Notes: a model not told the origin generated them from the sequence alone. DNA of 57,803 nt from an uncultured Methanosarcinales archaeon (GCA_964557345.1 CAZKZU010000004.1:1-57803), one strand, 5' to 3'; shown: positions 37,901 to 47,253, counted from the first letter of the stretch. Made by a program: numbers and translations.

Positions 37901-38189
37901 AGGAATTACAAGTTAAATTTGATTGCTGATTAACCCTAAATTCAGTAACAGTAATAGTATCAAAATAATTGTTCTTTAATTTAAATATGGAACTATTTGC
38001 TCCAATACTATAGGACTCAATTCCAATTGTATCAGAAGAAAGTTTAAAATCGGAAACTTTTTTATTATTATTTGAACCTATTCCTGGAAAACCACCAAGA
38101 GTGTTTATTGCAACAAGAGCTATAATTATAACTACTGCAAGTATAACAAGATACTCCGTAGAAGTTTGCGATTTACCCATTACAAACAT
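34995..38189 (-). CDS. Class III signal peptide (pilin-like) surface protein with 2 LamG domains and a BNR/beta-propeller domain
   Basis: KSQTSTEYLVILAVVIIIALV; two LVAYYPLDGN..D.SGNGN.GT...GAYSF.G...DEV.IWNRAL repeats; S.D.G.(T/S)W Asp-boxes. Confidence 0.85.
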   Translation of the reverse strand: MFVMGKSQTSTEYLVILAVVIIIALVAINTLGGFPGIGSNNNKKVSDFKLSSDTIGIESYSIGANSSIFKLKNNYFDTITVTEFRVNQQSNLTCNSSNTNPSLPVVLNIGESKLINCSAVNSSNYAITNKQTPVVGISYTDNLGATRTAGNVQSYNSTSSGNENQSGGQPYVPSSTVLDLRNGLVAYYPLDGNTSDLSGNGNTGTNIGASYNQSGKVGGAYSFNGDSSTVEIPTLGLGGTSQVTFNMWVKSNRVSGSWTTPLIRSRGGYYDATMLIIGGELQGADSQKLDFFVYDGSFYGNMDFSTSIVPVDDWTMVTFSMSGTTWKIYVNGALEKTYGYDRTILEDSTWKLGWDDYDVYNLLGSMDEVSIWNRALTDSEVTQLYNNDSGLSLSLSGPQAPDCQADEINCSNTNYLTCTNGVWVNNGDVSGHCGFYIPESLSELRNGLVAYYPLDGNTSDLSGNGNDGTNSGATYTQSGKLGGAYSFDGSNDYINVPDSSVLDLTNQITLSAWVYISNYVSWGGIVGKGDGSFGPYSMQLGSGNSNLRLSYNMQDPWTNYLDSNSIISQGQWSLVTITYDGSNVKHYINGNLDRTTSFSTSFSQTNADICIGCDPPGANEFFNGKVDEVAIWNRALVDGEILQLYNSTNGYSLSLSGAQAPICAAGQTQCNSTRLLSCTNGNWVDLGNVSGNCGYTNSSTLSYSMSTWNRTYLAGETLPSGIYYLYEQYDPGHSAVMDHNGKLYAGYYRGYVYSTDEGNSWTLVDVSGLINSSTRWTVIATSFDGQRIWLSIPGVGTYVSKDSGATFNYETQLSSLNYADGIVKVLQSPYHSNHLIAYTARQTGYGQVGGLMYRSIDSGDTWQNLNPAIASAGSVGPSYSDPITFEPNNTTTFYYMSMPSSCPGTPGAYITNNGGTSFTQITGATACYASGIERAANGATGRLLIGGACTQLKYSPISSFSWSGVSGANSGCGGWDLITAHPLNLSKMLISRGTLYSTNGGTTAQSCSIPSLNSGDWVGYSQIVNPNQDGVFYMISYYGKIIKSTNGGATFASVGAIPYSQYDT

Positions 38190-38258
38190 TCTCGGGAGAA
38201 TTATTTATAAATATTGCGTTATTCATTATAATAAAAATAAGTATAATTCTTATTATTT

Positions 38259-39911
38259 CTAAGTATCATACTGAGAATATGGAATTGCACCAACTGCAGT
38301 AAAAGTTGCACCACTATTTGAACTTTTTAAAATTTTTCCATAATAACTTACTATGTAAAATACGCCATCTATATTTGGATTTGCAAGTTGAGAATAACCA
38401 ACCCAATCACCTGAATTAAGAGCAGGGACAGAGCAACTTTGTGCAGAAGTTCCACCATTTGTACTATACATCATACCTCTAGAACTTATTAATTTACTTA
38501 AATTAAGAGGATGAGCAGTAACTATATCTCCTCCACCACAATTTCCATTTGCGCCAGATGTAGACGTCCAAGAATAACTAGTTATCGAAGTGTATTTTAC
38601 AGCATTACAAGCACCAGCAATTAATATTCTGCCTGTTGCACCATTTGCAGCTCTTTCAATACCATTTGCATAACAAGTTGTTCCGCCTGTTATAGAAGAA
38701 AAACTAGTTCCATTATTATTAGTAATATAAGTATGAGAACTACCTGGACAGGAACTTGGCATACTTACATAATAAAAAGTACTTGTATTAGTTGGCTCGA
38801 ACGCAACTGGATCAGAATATGTAGGACCAACTGAACCAGCAGAAGCAATTGCAGTATTCAAATCTTGCCAAGTATCACCAGAATCTATTGATCGATACAA
38901 TCTTCCGCCAACTTGACCATAACCAGTTTCATGAGCTGTATATGCAAGTAAATGATTTGCATGGAAAGGAGAATGAACAACTCTTACAATACCATCAGAA
39001 TAATTTAAACTAGATAATTGAGTTTCATATGTAAAATTAACACCTGCATTTTTGCTGACATAAGTTCCTACACCTGGAATAGAAAGCCAAATTCTTTGTC
39101 CATCAAAACTAGTTTCAATAACAGTCCATTTAGTACTAGCATTAATCAAATTAGAGATGTCAACAAGAGTCCAAGTATCCCCTTCATCACTAGAATAAAT
39201 GTAACCACGATAATAACCACCATACAATACACCATTGTGATCCATTACAATCGGGTGTCCCATACTATAATTATCATAAGAATAAAAAACTCCCCCTGGA
39301 AGAGTTTCTCCTGCAGAATACGATCTATTCCAAGAACTCATTGAATAAGTATAAGTGTTTGAACAAACACCATTAGAGCTGTGATAGCCTGTTGGACAAG
39401 ATACAACTACTGATCCACCACTACCCGTTGAATTCGTATTATTATAACTTTGAACATTACCAGCAGTTCTTTGCGCACCAAGATTATCAGTATATAATAC
39501 CCCAACAACAGGAGTTTGCTTAGTTGTAATTGAATAAGTCGAGCTATTAACAACATTACAAGTAATTAATTTACTTTCTCCAATATTTAATACAACCGGT
39601 AATGCAGGATTTGTATTAGAAGAATTACAAGTAAGATTTGCTTGTTGATTAACCTTAAATTCAGTCACTGTAATGGTATCAAAATAATTATTTTTTAATT
39701 TAAATGTTGAAGTAGAATTTCCTATATTATAAGATTCAATTCCAACAGTGTCAGTTGCTAACTTAATATCAGAGACTTTTTTGCCAGAATTAGAACCAAT
39801 TCCTGGAAATCCACCCATAGTATTTACGACGACAAGGGCAATTATTATTACAACTGATAAGATTACTAAATACTCTGTTGCAGTTTGCGATTTGCACTTG
39901 TGCTTAAACAT
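38259..39911 (-). CDS. Class III signal peptide surface protein with a BNR/beta-propeller domain (paralog lacking LamG)
   Basis: KSQTATEYLVILSVV; N- and C-terminal regions closely similar to 34995..38189; both end VGAIPYSQYDT. Confidence 0.85.
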   Translation of the reverse strand: MFKHKCKSQTATEYLVILSVVIIIALVVVNTMGGFPGIGSNSGKKVSDIKLATDTVGIESYNIGNSTSTFKLKNNYFDTITVTEFKVNQQANLTCNSSNTNPALPVVLNIGESKLITCNVVNSSTYSITTKQTPVVGVLYTDNLGAQRTAGNVQSYNNTNSTGSGGSVVVSCPTGYHSSNGVCSNTYTYSMSSWNRSYSAGETLPGGVFYSYDNYSMGHPIVMDHNGVLYGGYYRGYIYSSDEGDTWTLVDISNLINASTKWTVIETSFDGQRIWLSIPGVGTYVSKNAGVNFTYETQLSSLNYSDGIVRVVHSPFHANHLLAYTAHETGYGQVGGRLYRSIDSGDTWQDLNTAIASAGSVGPTYSDPVAFEPTNTSTFYYVSMPSSCPGSSHTYITNNNGTSFSSITGGTTCYANGIERAANGATGRILIAGACNAVKYTSITSYSWTSTSGANGNCGGGDIVTAHPLNLSKLISSRGMMYSTNGGTSAQSCSVPALNSGDWVGYSQLANPNIDGVFYIVSYYGKILKSSNSGATFTAVGAIPYSQYDT

Positions 39912-40000
39912 ACATAAATACTTAGAACTATATATTTATAAGTTTTATGTTACCCTAAAATAAAGGGAAAAAGGTTATTTTTAGAAAAATAAAAAAATAC

Positions 40001-40573
40001 CTACATCAATTCTCTTTTTAAAATTTTATGATGGTGATTTAATTCTTTGAATTTGTCGATATCACCATTAGGCATATCTGGATGTAATTCTTTAGCTAAT
40101 TCTTTGTATTTTTTGTTGATTGTATCAATATCAGTGGTATCGTGTTCTAAGCCAAAGAATGCTCTTGCTTGTTTTCTTGTATCTTCAACGTCTGATTCTT
40201 CTTTGAATTCTAAGTAAAATTCTTCAATGGGCTTAGTTCCAGCTATTACTAAAGCAACTTCATTTTCAATTACTTTCATTACTATAAATAAGTTGTCTAC
40301 GTATTTTTCTTGTGAGTTATTAGAATAATGCATTCTATGTCCATTCATATACCATGTTGCATCGGCTTTTACTCTTTTTATTGCAAGTCTTTCAAGTTCA
40401 ATGTCTACATCATCAGCTTTTACGCCAATACTTTGTAATACTGTAATAATTTTGTTCTTAAATTGCATAGCTCTTCTATTAAAAGAATCTTTAACAATTG
40501 TTGGAGTTATCTCATTTCCTTTTATTTTTACCATTTTAGCATTCATTTTTGTACTTATTATCTTATCAAGCAC
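40001..40573 (-). CDS. Protein with C-terminal DnaJ (J) domain; start may be ATG 40534
   Basis: AR.FFGL...I.KKYKELAKELHPDMP.GD...FKELN. Confidence 0.85.
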   Translation of the reverse strand: MLDKIISTKMNAKMVKIKGNEITPTIVKDSFNRRAMQFKNKIITVLQSIGVKADDVDIELERLAIKRVKADATWYMNGHRMHYSNNSQEKYVDNLFIVMKVIENEVALVIAGTKPIEEFYLEFKEESDVEDTRKQARAFFGLEHDTTDIDTINKKYKELAKELHPDMPNGDIDKFKELNHHHKILKRELM

Positions 40574-40735
40574 ATTTTCCTAGAAATTTATTACTGTTTA
40601 TAAATTAATTCATGTCTAAAACAACTTAGAATTACTTAAATAATCTAAAACCAAAATAAATAAGGTATATCATATATATTGACAATGTTTATATCAAAGC
40701 ACTATTTGTTGTATTATAATATAAGGGGTAAAATT

Positions 40736-41890
40736 ATGGTTGAAAAAATAGTTCTAGTTACTGCAGGTGGACACATTTCTTCGTTTCATGCTGCAATGAA
40801 AAAGATGCACGAAACTTTGAACAGCAAAGCTCCAGGTAAATTTGAGTTATGGGGAGCAGACGGAGGTCTTGAAGGATTAGTTTCAGGTAAATTTATTCCT
40901 ATTAAAGAAAATGATATTGATGAAAATTTAGCGGGATCTTTAATTGGAGCTGATCGAAAAGTTGCAGATTCTTCAAAGGTTGCTGAGGTTATTAAGGCTA
41001 ATAAAGATATTTATGCTGTTGTTATGATGGGAGGAGATAATCATCTTGGAGAAGCAGCTAAACTTTACAAAGAAGCAGGAATAAACATAGTTGGATATCC
41101 AAAAACAATGGATGGAGATTTAAATTCATTAATTACTCTTGGTTGGGAAAGTGCAGTTACAGTTGGAGCAATTCAAACAAGAAATCATCATACTTCTGCG
41201 ATGACTTATAAAAGAGTATTTTACGTTGGACTATTTGGAAGAAATACAGATTGGACTACAGCTGGCGTTTATGCATATGGAGGAGCTGATCGAGCAATTC
41301 CTTGTGAACAAGAATACGAGTTTGAGTATATTTGGAGTAAAATTGAAGAGTCTTTAAAACAAAATAAAGAAAAATATGGGAAAGAATTTGCAGTTGTACC
41401 ATATTCGGAAGGAGCTAAAATAATTGGAGTAAATGAGCCACCAAAGGAACATTGCAGTTATGATGCACATAATCTTCCAAAACTTCAACCAGAATGGCTT
41501 GGAATGGAACTTGTAAGGTTAACTAAAAAAATTAAAAAGAAAGATTCTGCGTTTCAAGCACACACCTATGATATGAGAGATAGTCCTCCAACTGAAACCG
41601 ATAAAAAACTTTCAGGCATGGCTGGCTCTGAATGTGTGTGTATGATTATCGACGGAGACTTTGGAAAGTCTGCTGTATTTAGCCCAGTAAATGATTTTTA
41701 TGAGGTAGGTCGAATGCCACTTGAAAAAGTTGCAGTTCAAAGAATGCTCAAGCCTACGGGATTTTTTGATTATGATGAATTGAAAACAAATAAATCGTTT
41801 ACTCAAACTTATAGTGATTTATTTAGAAAATCGCTTGGAAATCCTCCTACCAAAGATGACCTCGTTTATAGAAATTTACGTCGAAAGTAA
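40736..41890 (+). CDS. 6-phosphofructokinase family protein (divergent, possibly PPi-dependent)
   Basis: TAGG, GGLEGL, MGGDN, VGYPKTMDGD, LGWESA, FGR, PYSEG, Y.MR..P.T..D. Confidence 0.8.
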   Translation: MVEKIVLVTAGGHISSFHAAMKKMHETLNSKAPGKFELWGADGGLEGLVSGKFIPIKENDIDENLAGSLIGADRKVADSSKVAEVIKANKDIYAVVMMGGDNHLGEAAKLYKEAGINIVGYPKTMDGDLNSLITLGWESAVTVGAIQTRNHHTSAMTYKRVFYVGLFGRNTDWTTAGVYAYGGADRAIPCEQEYEFEYIWSKIEESLKQNKEKYGKEFAVVPYSEGAKIIGVNEPPKEHCSYDAHNLPKLQPEWLGMELVRLTKKIKKKDSAFQAHTYDMRDSPPTETDKKLSGMAGSECVCMIIDGDFGKSAVFSPVNDFYEVGRMPLEKVAVQRMLKPTGFFDYDELKTNKSFTQTYSDLFRKSLGNPPTKDDLVYRNLRRK

Positions 41891-41947
41891 GTTTTAAAAA
41901 ACAATAGACTAAATTTAAAACAAACGATTAAAAAAGAAAAAAAAGAT

Positions 41948-42127
41948 TTAAGTTATTAAATCAACAGGGTAAAATGATCCCTTTCCTATCCAGTGTTTTC
42001 TTTTTCTTGCTTTTTGCGATAAAAATGATGAATATTCATCAGAAGGATTTTTTGTTAAATTTGGCACGTAATAGTTGCTTGACGCTTCCTCTTCTTCCCT
42101 TAGTTTATATGTGTATTTTTGACTCAT
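41948..42127 (-). CDS. Small hypothetical protein (59 aa)
   Basis: ATG at 42127 preceded by GGAGGA; no family recognised. Confidence 0.35.
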   Translation of the reverse strand: MSQKYTYKLREEEEASSNYYVPNLTKNPSDEYSSFLSQKARKRKHWIGKGSFYPVDLIT

Positions 42128-42387
42128 TTTTCCTCCATTTTCCTGAAACAATTTTAAATATAAAATAGAAAACAAAAAATCCGTTTCATGTAAAGATTTG
42201 GGGGAATCCATTTCTTTGCGTTGAGAGCATATTTCACGGATTTTTAGGCATTCTAAATCATAACCAATTGTTTTTTCTAATTAAATTCTATAGATATACT
42301 TGTTTGAAGCATTATAAATAGCTTAGGAAGGTTAAACCTAGAGTGCCATTTCATAAGCTTTTTAAACAAGTTTTATACTGAAACTAT

Positions 42388-43092
42388 ATGTTCGACTCTA
42401 ATATATTAGTAAGCTGGTTTTATGGCAAAGATATAATAATTGATTTACTTGGAGCGATAATTTTACTATTTCTAGTTATATTTGCATTTAGATATTATAA
42501 ACTTAATACAGAAAATAAAAAATTTTTATGGTTTAGTGCATCAATGGGACTTTTATTTATTTCATACTTATTTGAAATATTAACACATATTCGAATTTAT
42601 ATTACAGATGTCGAAGAAAAACATATTGGCGCAATAGTTTATACATATAATACAATTGAAGTAGCGAATTTACCAGTATATATAGGATATTTCGGATACA
42701 GATTTTTAACATTACTAGGTTTTTATTTACTTTATTCTATTTATTATAAAGAACAGAAAAAATCAAACTTTTTTTTTGTAGGATATCTTTTAGTTTTAGC
42801 AACTATGCTTAGTTTCTTTAATATTTGTGTGTTTTTTATTACTGCGATCATTATTTTAACTATGATTATTGTAGCTTATTTTAAAATCGCACCGAATTGT
42901 AAAGACTATAAGACTAATCTTATCGGAGTGAGTTTTATTTTGCTTTTATTGAGCTATCTCATTTCAATTTTTACATATAAAAGCGAATTGGGATTTGTGT
43001 CATCTGAAATAATACAGTTATTTGCATTCCTATTATTATTATTTACATTCATTAAGGTACTAATTGATGGCAAGAAAAAGAGAAAGAATTGA
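42388..43092 (+). CDS. Polytopic membrane protein (~7 TM)
   Basis: Seven hydrophobic segments; overlaps the downstream wHTH gene. Confidence 0.75.
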   Translation: MFDSNILVSWFYGKDIIIDLLGAIILLFLVIFAFRYYKLNTENKKFLWFSASMGLLFISYLFEILTHIRIYITDVEEKHIGAIVYTYNTIEVANLPVYIGYFGYRFLTLLGFYLLYSIYYKEQKKSNFFFVGYLLVLATMLSFFNICVFFITAIIILTMIIVAYFKIAPNCKDYKTNLIGVSFILLLLSYLISIFTYKSELGFVSSEIIQLFAFLLLLFTFIKVLIDGKKKRKN

Positions 43093-43339
43093 TATCATAG
43101 AAGATATGCTTTCTTCAATACAACAAAAAGGAGGCAGGATTAAGCCAACTCATCTTATGTACAAGAGTAATCTAGCTCATACACAGATGAAATCATATTT
43201 AGAGGAATTAGTTAGCAAAAGCCTTATATCGAAAGTTAAAAATGATAATAATGAATATATTCTGATCACTGATGCTGGATGCGAATTCATAAAAAAAATC
43301 AGAGAAATGAAAGAATTCCAAAAGACATTCGGATTGTGA
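43064..43339 (+). CDS. Archaeal winged-helix transcriptional regulator
   Basis: [10 protein letters not shown]...[12 protein letters not shown]....MKSYL.EL...LI......Y.IT..G..F. Confidence 0.85.
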   Translation: MMARKRERIDIIEDMLSSIQQKGGRIKPTHLMYKSNLAHTQMKSYLEELVSKSLISKVKNDNNEYILITDAGCEFIKKIREMKEFQKTFGL

Positions 43340-43385
43340 GATTCTTAGTATTAATTATGTATGAGCGTCTAGAAAAATCGCAATT

Positions 43386-43520
43386 AAGTATACTGTCTAT
43401 TCATGAGCCAATGTGACGTTTACATTGATGGAGCAGCGAGGAACGCATAGTGACGAGCGTTCGCGACTATCGACAGGCGAATGCCGGAAAATAGAAGTTG
43501 GGCGAATTGACAGTATACTT
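43386..43520 (+). mobile_element. TATAC...GTATA MITE-like structured repeat, copy B
   Basis: IR AAGTATACTGTC/GACAGTATACTT (compensatory change relative to the other copies); shared core GCAGCGAGGAACGCATAGTGACGAGCGTT. Confidence 0.85.
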
Positions 43521-43545
43521 TTTCTTGAAAGAATTCGGCACTTTA

Positions 43546-44316
43546 CTATTTCTTAAATGAAACTGTTTGTGCCCATAAATCATTAAAATATGCTCTAAAT
43601 GAATCAGTTATATCTTTGTTTTCTATTTCTACAGCTACTGCTTTATTTTGCTGCAAGATAATAAGTGTAACATCTGCGAATACCATAAACCAAGCAGGAG
43701 TAATTAGTTTGTTTGGCATATATCTTGCATCACAGCCCCAATAGGAATTTCTATTAATTAAAGTTTCTTTATCTGTATTGTAATTAAACAATAACTTATT
43801 TGTTATTCCAAACTTTTTTCTTCGTACGTGATCCATTTTCCAATAGCTGTGATATTTCTCGTCTTGAACTGCAACAATTCCCCAAGTTAAAATTTCATCG
43901 CCTTTTTTTGATTTAGTATAATATTGTTCATAAGCAGTTCTTATACCATTAAAACCCTCATAAACTTTTACAGTTGTGTCTTCTTTGAAATTAATTAGTG
44001 CGGATAATTGGGGAAGGATTGAACTTATTTTGTCTTTTTTCTCCTCTAATTTGTTTTTTTTCTCGTCAATATATTCTAAAATCTTTTTTGGATCAGCGGC
44101 TTGAAAATACTTAGTTTTCTCTTTTATTATATAAGATGCAAGCCCTTTTTCTATTAAACTGTCAAGCAATCTATATATAACAGAATTAGCTACTCCTGAT
44201 TCTTCTAGTAATGGGCCGGTTGTTGTAGACCCGTATTTAAGTAAAGCTAAATATACTTTAGCCTCGCCTTCAGTAAGCCCAGCTTCTTGTATTAGATTTA
44301 TCCAAGTATTGTCCAT
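43546..44316 (-). CDS. TrmB-family transcriptional regulator
   Basis: GLTEGEAKVYLALL.YG, Y..L..LIEKGL, KYFQA..P, VKVYEG..GI, AVEIE...I...F...F..LW. Confidence 0.88.
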   Translation of the reverse strand: MDNTWINLIQEAGLTEGEAKVYLALLKYGSTTTGPLLEESGVANSVIYRLLDSLIEKGLASYIIKEKTKYFQAADPKKILEYIDEKKNKLEEKKDKISSILPQLSALINFKEDTTVKVYEGFNGIRTAYEQYYTKSKKGDEILTWGIVAVQDEKYHSYWKMDHVRRKKFGITNKLLFNYNTDKETLINRNSYWGCDARYMPNKLITPAWFMVFADVTLIILQQNKAVAVEIENKDITDSFRAYFNDLWAQTVSFKK

Positions 44317-44371
44317 ATATTCAACTCTATAAAGTGTAATTACTTTCTACAATATAAATGTTTCGATTTAC

Positions 44372-44389
44372 TCCACCAGTAGTGGTGGA
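44372..44389. promoter_or_regulatory. Palindromic putative operator TCCACCA-N4-TGGTGGA between divergent TATA boxes
   Basis: Perfect 7 bp IR, GC-rich in an AT-rich spacer. Flanked by TATAAA (44353-44358, minus-strand TATA box) and TTTAAATA (44396-44403). Confidence 0.6.
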
Positions 44390-44450
44390 ATAAGGTTTAA
44401 ATAGGTGTTAGTACTTATTAAGAGTAACAAAGCAAAGATAAGATACTACG

Positions 44451-44888
44451 ATGACACAAAACACGAACGAACGCGAATGTAACTTAACTAAGTCTAGTTT
44501 GACTAAATTAGCAAAAGAAAGCCAAGTCAGAGGGTATCAGAATCAAAAAGGGATTTATATTGCAGTAGACAAAGGATTTGACACACTTCTTTCAAACAGC
44601 AGCAGTGAAAATTCACAAGAGTCTTTAGAAACTTATATCCAAACTTGTGAAAAAGGGTTAAAGTCGATTGTTGGTACAATTCAATTGAAAGGTATTCTAT
44701 TAAAATTAGTTGAACTTGGAACTGTATTAGGCACAGAGTGGGATGCTCGTCTACAAGTTAGTAAAGATTTTATCGCAGGGCCATTTGAAACAGAAAGACT
44801 AGCAATGAAAGTTGCACCATATGTTTTACAGCAAAGATATGGATGGAATCCAGAAAAAATGGAACGAATTAATTTTTACACACTTTAA
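44451..44888 (+). CDS. Hypothetical protein
   Basis: First gene of a + strand run divergent from TrmB. Confidence 0.55.
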   Translation: MTQNTNERECNLTKSSLTKLAKESQVRGYQNQKGIYIAVDKGFDTLLSNSSSENSQESLETYIQTCEKGLKSIVGTIQLKGILLKLVELGTVLGTEWDARLQVSKDFIAGPFETERLAMKVAPYVLQQRYGWNPEKMERINFYTL

Positions 44889-44939
44889 AAATAATTTAAA
44901 AAATAGAGAATAAAAAATTAAATAAAAGAGGAAACAAAA

Positions 44940-45674
44940 ATGGAAACAAATGATTTTTCAGGAATTATCGGCGGAAAAAGATATGCACTTGTTGCAGAAC
45001 TAATCCCTCATTTTAAAGAAATGCAAGAAAATATTGCATATTTTGCAACTTGTAAAGCAGTATGCACTATAGGAACATACAAAGTACTAGAAGTCGGATG
45101 TGGACCTGGACCTACTACTGATAAGCTTTTGCAAACTAGAGAGAATGTCAATGTTACAGCAGTTGATATTGAAAAACAAATGATTGATGAAGCAAAAATA
45201 AATCTTGCAAAATATGGAGGGAGGGTTAATTTTGTATTAGAGGATATGTTAAAATTTCTACCAACAATCAAAGACAATACTTATGATTCATTTGCATCGG
45301 GTTGGACATTACACAATCTGAATTCCACTCAAAGACACCAAGCATTAAGTGAAATTTATAGAGTATTAAAACCAGGAGCGCTATTTGTAAACGGAGATAA
45401 ATATGCTCAAGATGATGTCAGAAAACATAAGAGAGATTACAAACAATTCAAAGATTGCCTTACAAAAATGGATCAGAAATATGGCGATGCAGAGTGGACT
45501 AAACAATGGATTGAACACTATAATTTCGACGAGAAACCAGAAATTATTATGTTTGAAAATAAGGCTATTGAAGAAATGAGTCAAATTGGCTTTGTAAAAG
45601 TAAAAAATACTTTTAGAAGACAAATGGAATCAATTGTTGTTGCATATAAACCAAAAAAATATATGAGGGAATAA
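44940..45674 (+). CDS. Class I SAM-dependent methyltransferase (paralog 1)
   Basis: VLEVGCGPG, TAVD...MI, SGWTLHN, IYRVLKPG. Confidence 0.9.
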   Translation: METNDFSGIIGGKRYALVAELIPHFKEMQENIAYFATCKAVCTIGTYKVLEVGCGPGPTTDKLLQTRENVNVTAVDIEKQMIDEAKINLAKYGGRVNFVLEDMLKFLPTIKDNTYDSFASGWTLHNLNSTQRHQALSEIYRVLKPGALFVNGDKYAQDDVRKHKRDYKQFKDCLTKMDQKYGDAEWTKQWIEHYNFDEKPEIIMFENKAIEEMSQIGFVKVKNTFRRQMESIVVAYKPKKYMRE

Positions 45675-45676
45675 AA

Positions 45677-46390
45677 ATGGAAACACATGATTTTTCAGGA
45701 GTAATTGGAGGACGAGGTTATGCAATGTTTGAACAAGCATATTCGCACTTCAAAGAAATTCAAGAAGCAATTGTAGATCACGTTCAATTTTGGTTTGACG
45801 CCACAAATAAATATCAAGTGCTTGAACTAGGGTGTGGACCTGGACCGACTACAAATGCGTTATTGCAAAAAAGAAAAAATATTTTTGTAACTGCTGTCGA
45901 TAATGAAAAACAAATGATTGACGAAGCAAAAGTTAATCTTGCTAAATATGGAGAAAGAGTAAACTTTGTATTAGAGGATATGTTAACATATTTGAAAAAA
46001 GTTCCTGATAATACTTTTGATGCTTGCGCATCTGGATGGACTTTACATAATTTGGAAAAAACAGAACGACATAAAGTTCTCGAACAGATTTATCGAGTAT
46101 TAAAACAACCCGGATTTTTTGTTAATGGAGATAAATATGCTCAGGAGAATTTACTAGATCACAAAAAAGCTTACGACTGGTCAATTAATTCATTAAAAGC
46201 AATTGGTAAAAAATACAACGACGAAAATTGGGCAAATGAATTGATAAAACACATGGAATACGACGAGAGGCCTGAGATCAGCATGCCACTTGAAGATGCA
46301 CTTAAAGAAATGGAAGATATTGGATTTAAACATACATCATGCCTTGATAGAATACAAATGGAAGCTATTGTTGTAGGAATGAAAAAATAA
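45677..46390 (+). CDS. Class I SAM-dependent methyltransferase (paralog 2)
   Basis: VLELGCGPG; highly similar to the upstream paralog. Confidence 0.9.
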   Translation: METHDFSGVIGGRGYAMFEQAYSHFKEIQEAIVDHVQFWFDATNKYQVLELGCGPGPTTNALLQKRKNIFVTAVDNEKQMIDEAKVNLAKYGERVNFVLEDMLTYLKKVPDNTFDACASGWTLHNLEKTERHKVLEQIYRVLKQPGFFVNGDKYAQENLLDHKKAYDWSINSLKAIGKKYNDENWANELIKHMEYDERPEISMPLEDALKEMEDIGFKHTSCLDRIQMEAIVVGMKK

Positions 46391-46422
46391 ATTAATAATT
46401 AATAATAAAGGAGGAAATAAAA

Positions 46423-47094
46423 ATGAATACTAAAATAAAACAAAATATAAGCAAATCAATTAAGACAATTACTTTAGCTAGTTTAGTTGGACTAAGTACA
46501 ATATTAGGAACTGCAAGAGCAGGGTCAGTATCAGGAGATATAGGTTATGTTGCTCGAGAGCAAAATAAAGATTCATATGCTGAAGCAAATGTTTTTTATG
46601 GGCTTCCAGGAAAAATAAATGGATATACTTATCTTGATAAATATAATGAAGATGGAGCAGTTTATGGAAAAACAACTTTAACTAAAGCAATAGCAGATTC
46701 AGCAGTAAGTGCAAGAGTTCAAGGGATTCATAACGACGAAGAATTGCAACATACTGGAATTGGATTAGAAGCAAAATTACAAACACCGAAAAACATTTTT
46801 GCTACAGTAAATTGCACACCAGTTTGGCTAAATGGAGATGGACAAAAAGAAGAAGACGTAATTAAAGCGAAATATTATATTTCTATTGACTTGCCGATGA
46901 AATTTAACTTAAGTAGTTTTGGAGAAGTAAATGTTGCAAACACAAAAGGAGTTACTTGGGAATATGGAGAAATTGAACTTGCGAAAAGATTTGGAAATTT
47001 CGCTATCGGATACAATGCTGGGCTGTGGAGCAAAGGAGACGGAATTATTGCACCCAAAATTGTTAATGGAATTGCAGTTAGATACAAATTTTAA
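46423..47094 (+). CDS. Secreted all-beta protein resembling an outer-membrane beta-barrel
   Basis: Sec signal ending TARA|G; about 12 alternating amphipathic strands; C-terminus NGIAVRYKF. Confidence 0.55.
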   Translation: MNTKIKQNISKSIKTITLASLVGLSTILGTARAGSVSGDIGYVAREQNKDSYAEANVFYGLPGKINGYTYLDKYNEDGAVYGKTTLTKAIADSAVSARVQGIHNDEELQHTGIGLEAKLQTPKNIFATVNCTPVWLNGDGQKEEDVIKAKYYISIDLPMKFNLSSFGEVNVANTKGVTWEYGEIELAKRFGNFAIGYNAGLWSKGDGIIAPKIVNGIAVRYKF

Positions 47095-47253
47095 ATTTAA
47101 TTATTTTTAATTTTATTATTAATAATATTTTTTACTAATTAAATTTTCACATTATTTGTAGACCTATCCCCAACAATAAATTAAATACTAATGGAGATTA
47201 TTTTTATTAAATTAAAAATAAATTAAGAGATTTCAGTAAAGGAGAATAATAAT

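Noticed and set aside
34995-39911. Diversity-generating retroelement TR/VR pair
   Set aside because: The similarity spans whole in-frame domains, the differences I inspected are not adenine-specific, and there is no reverse transcriptase in the window.
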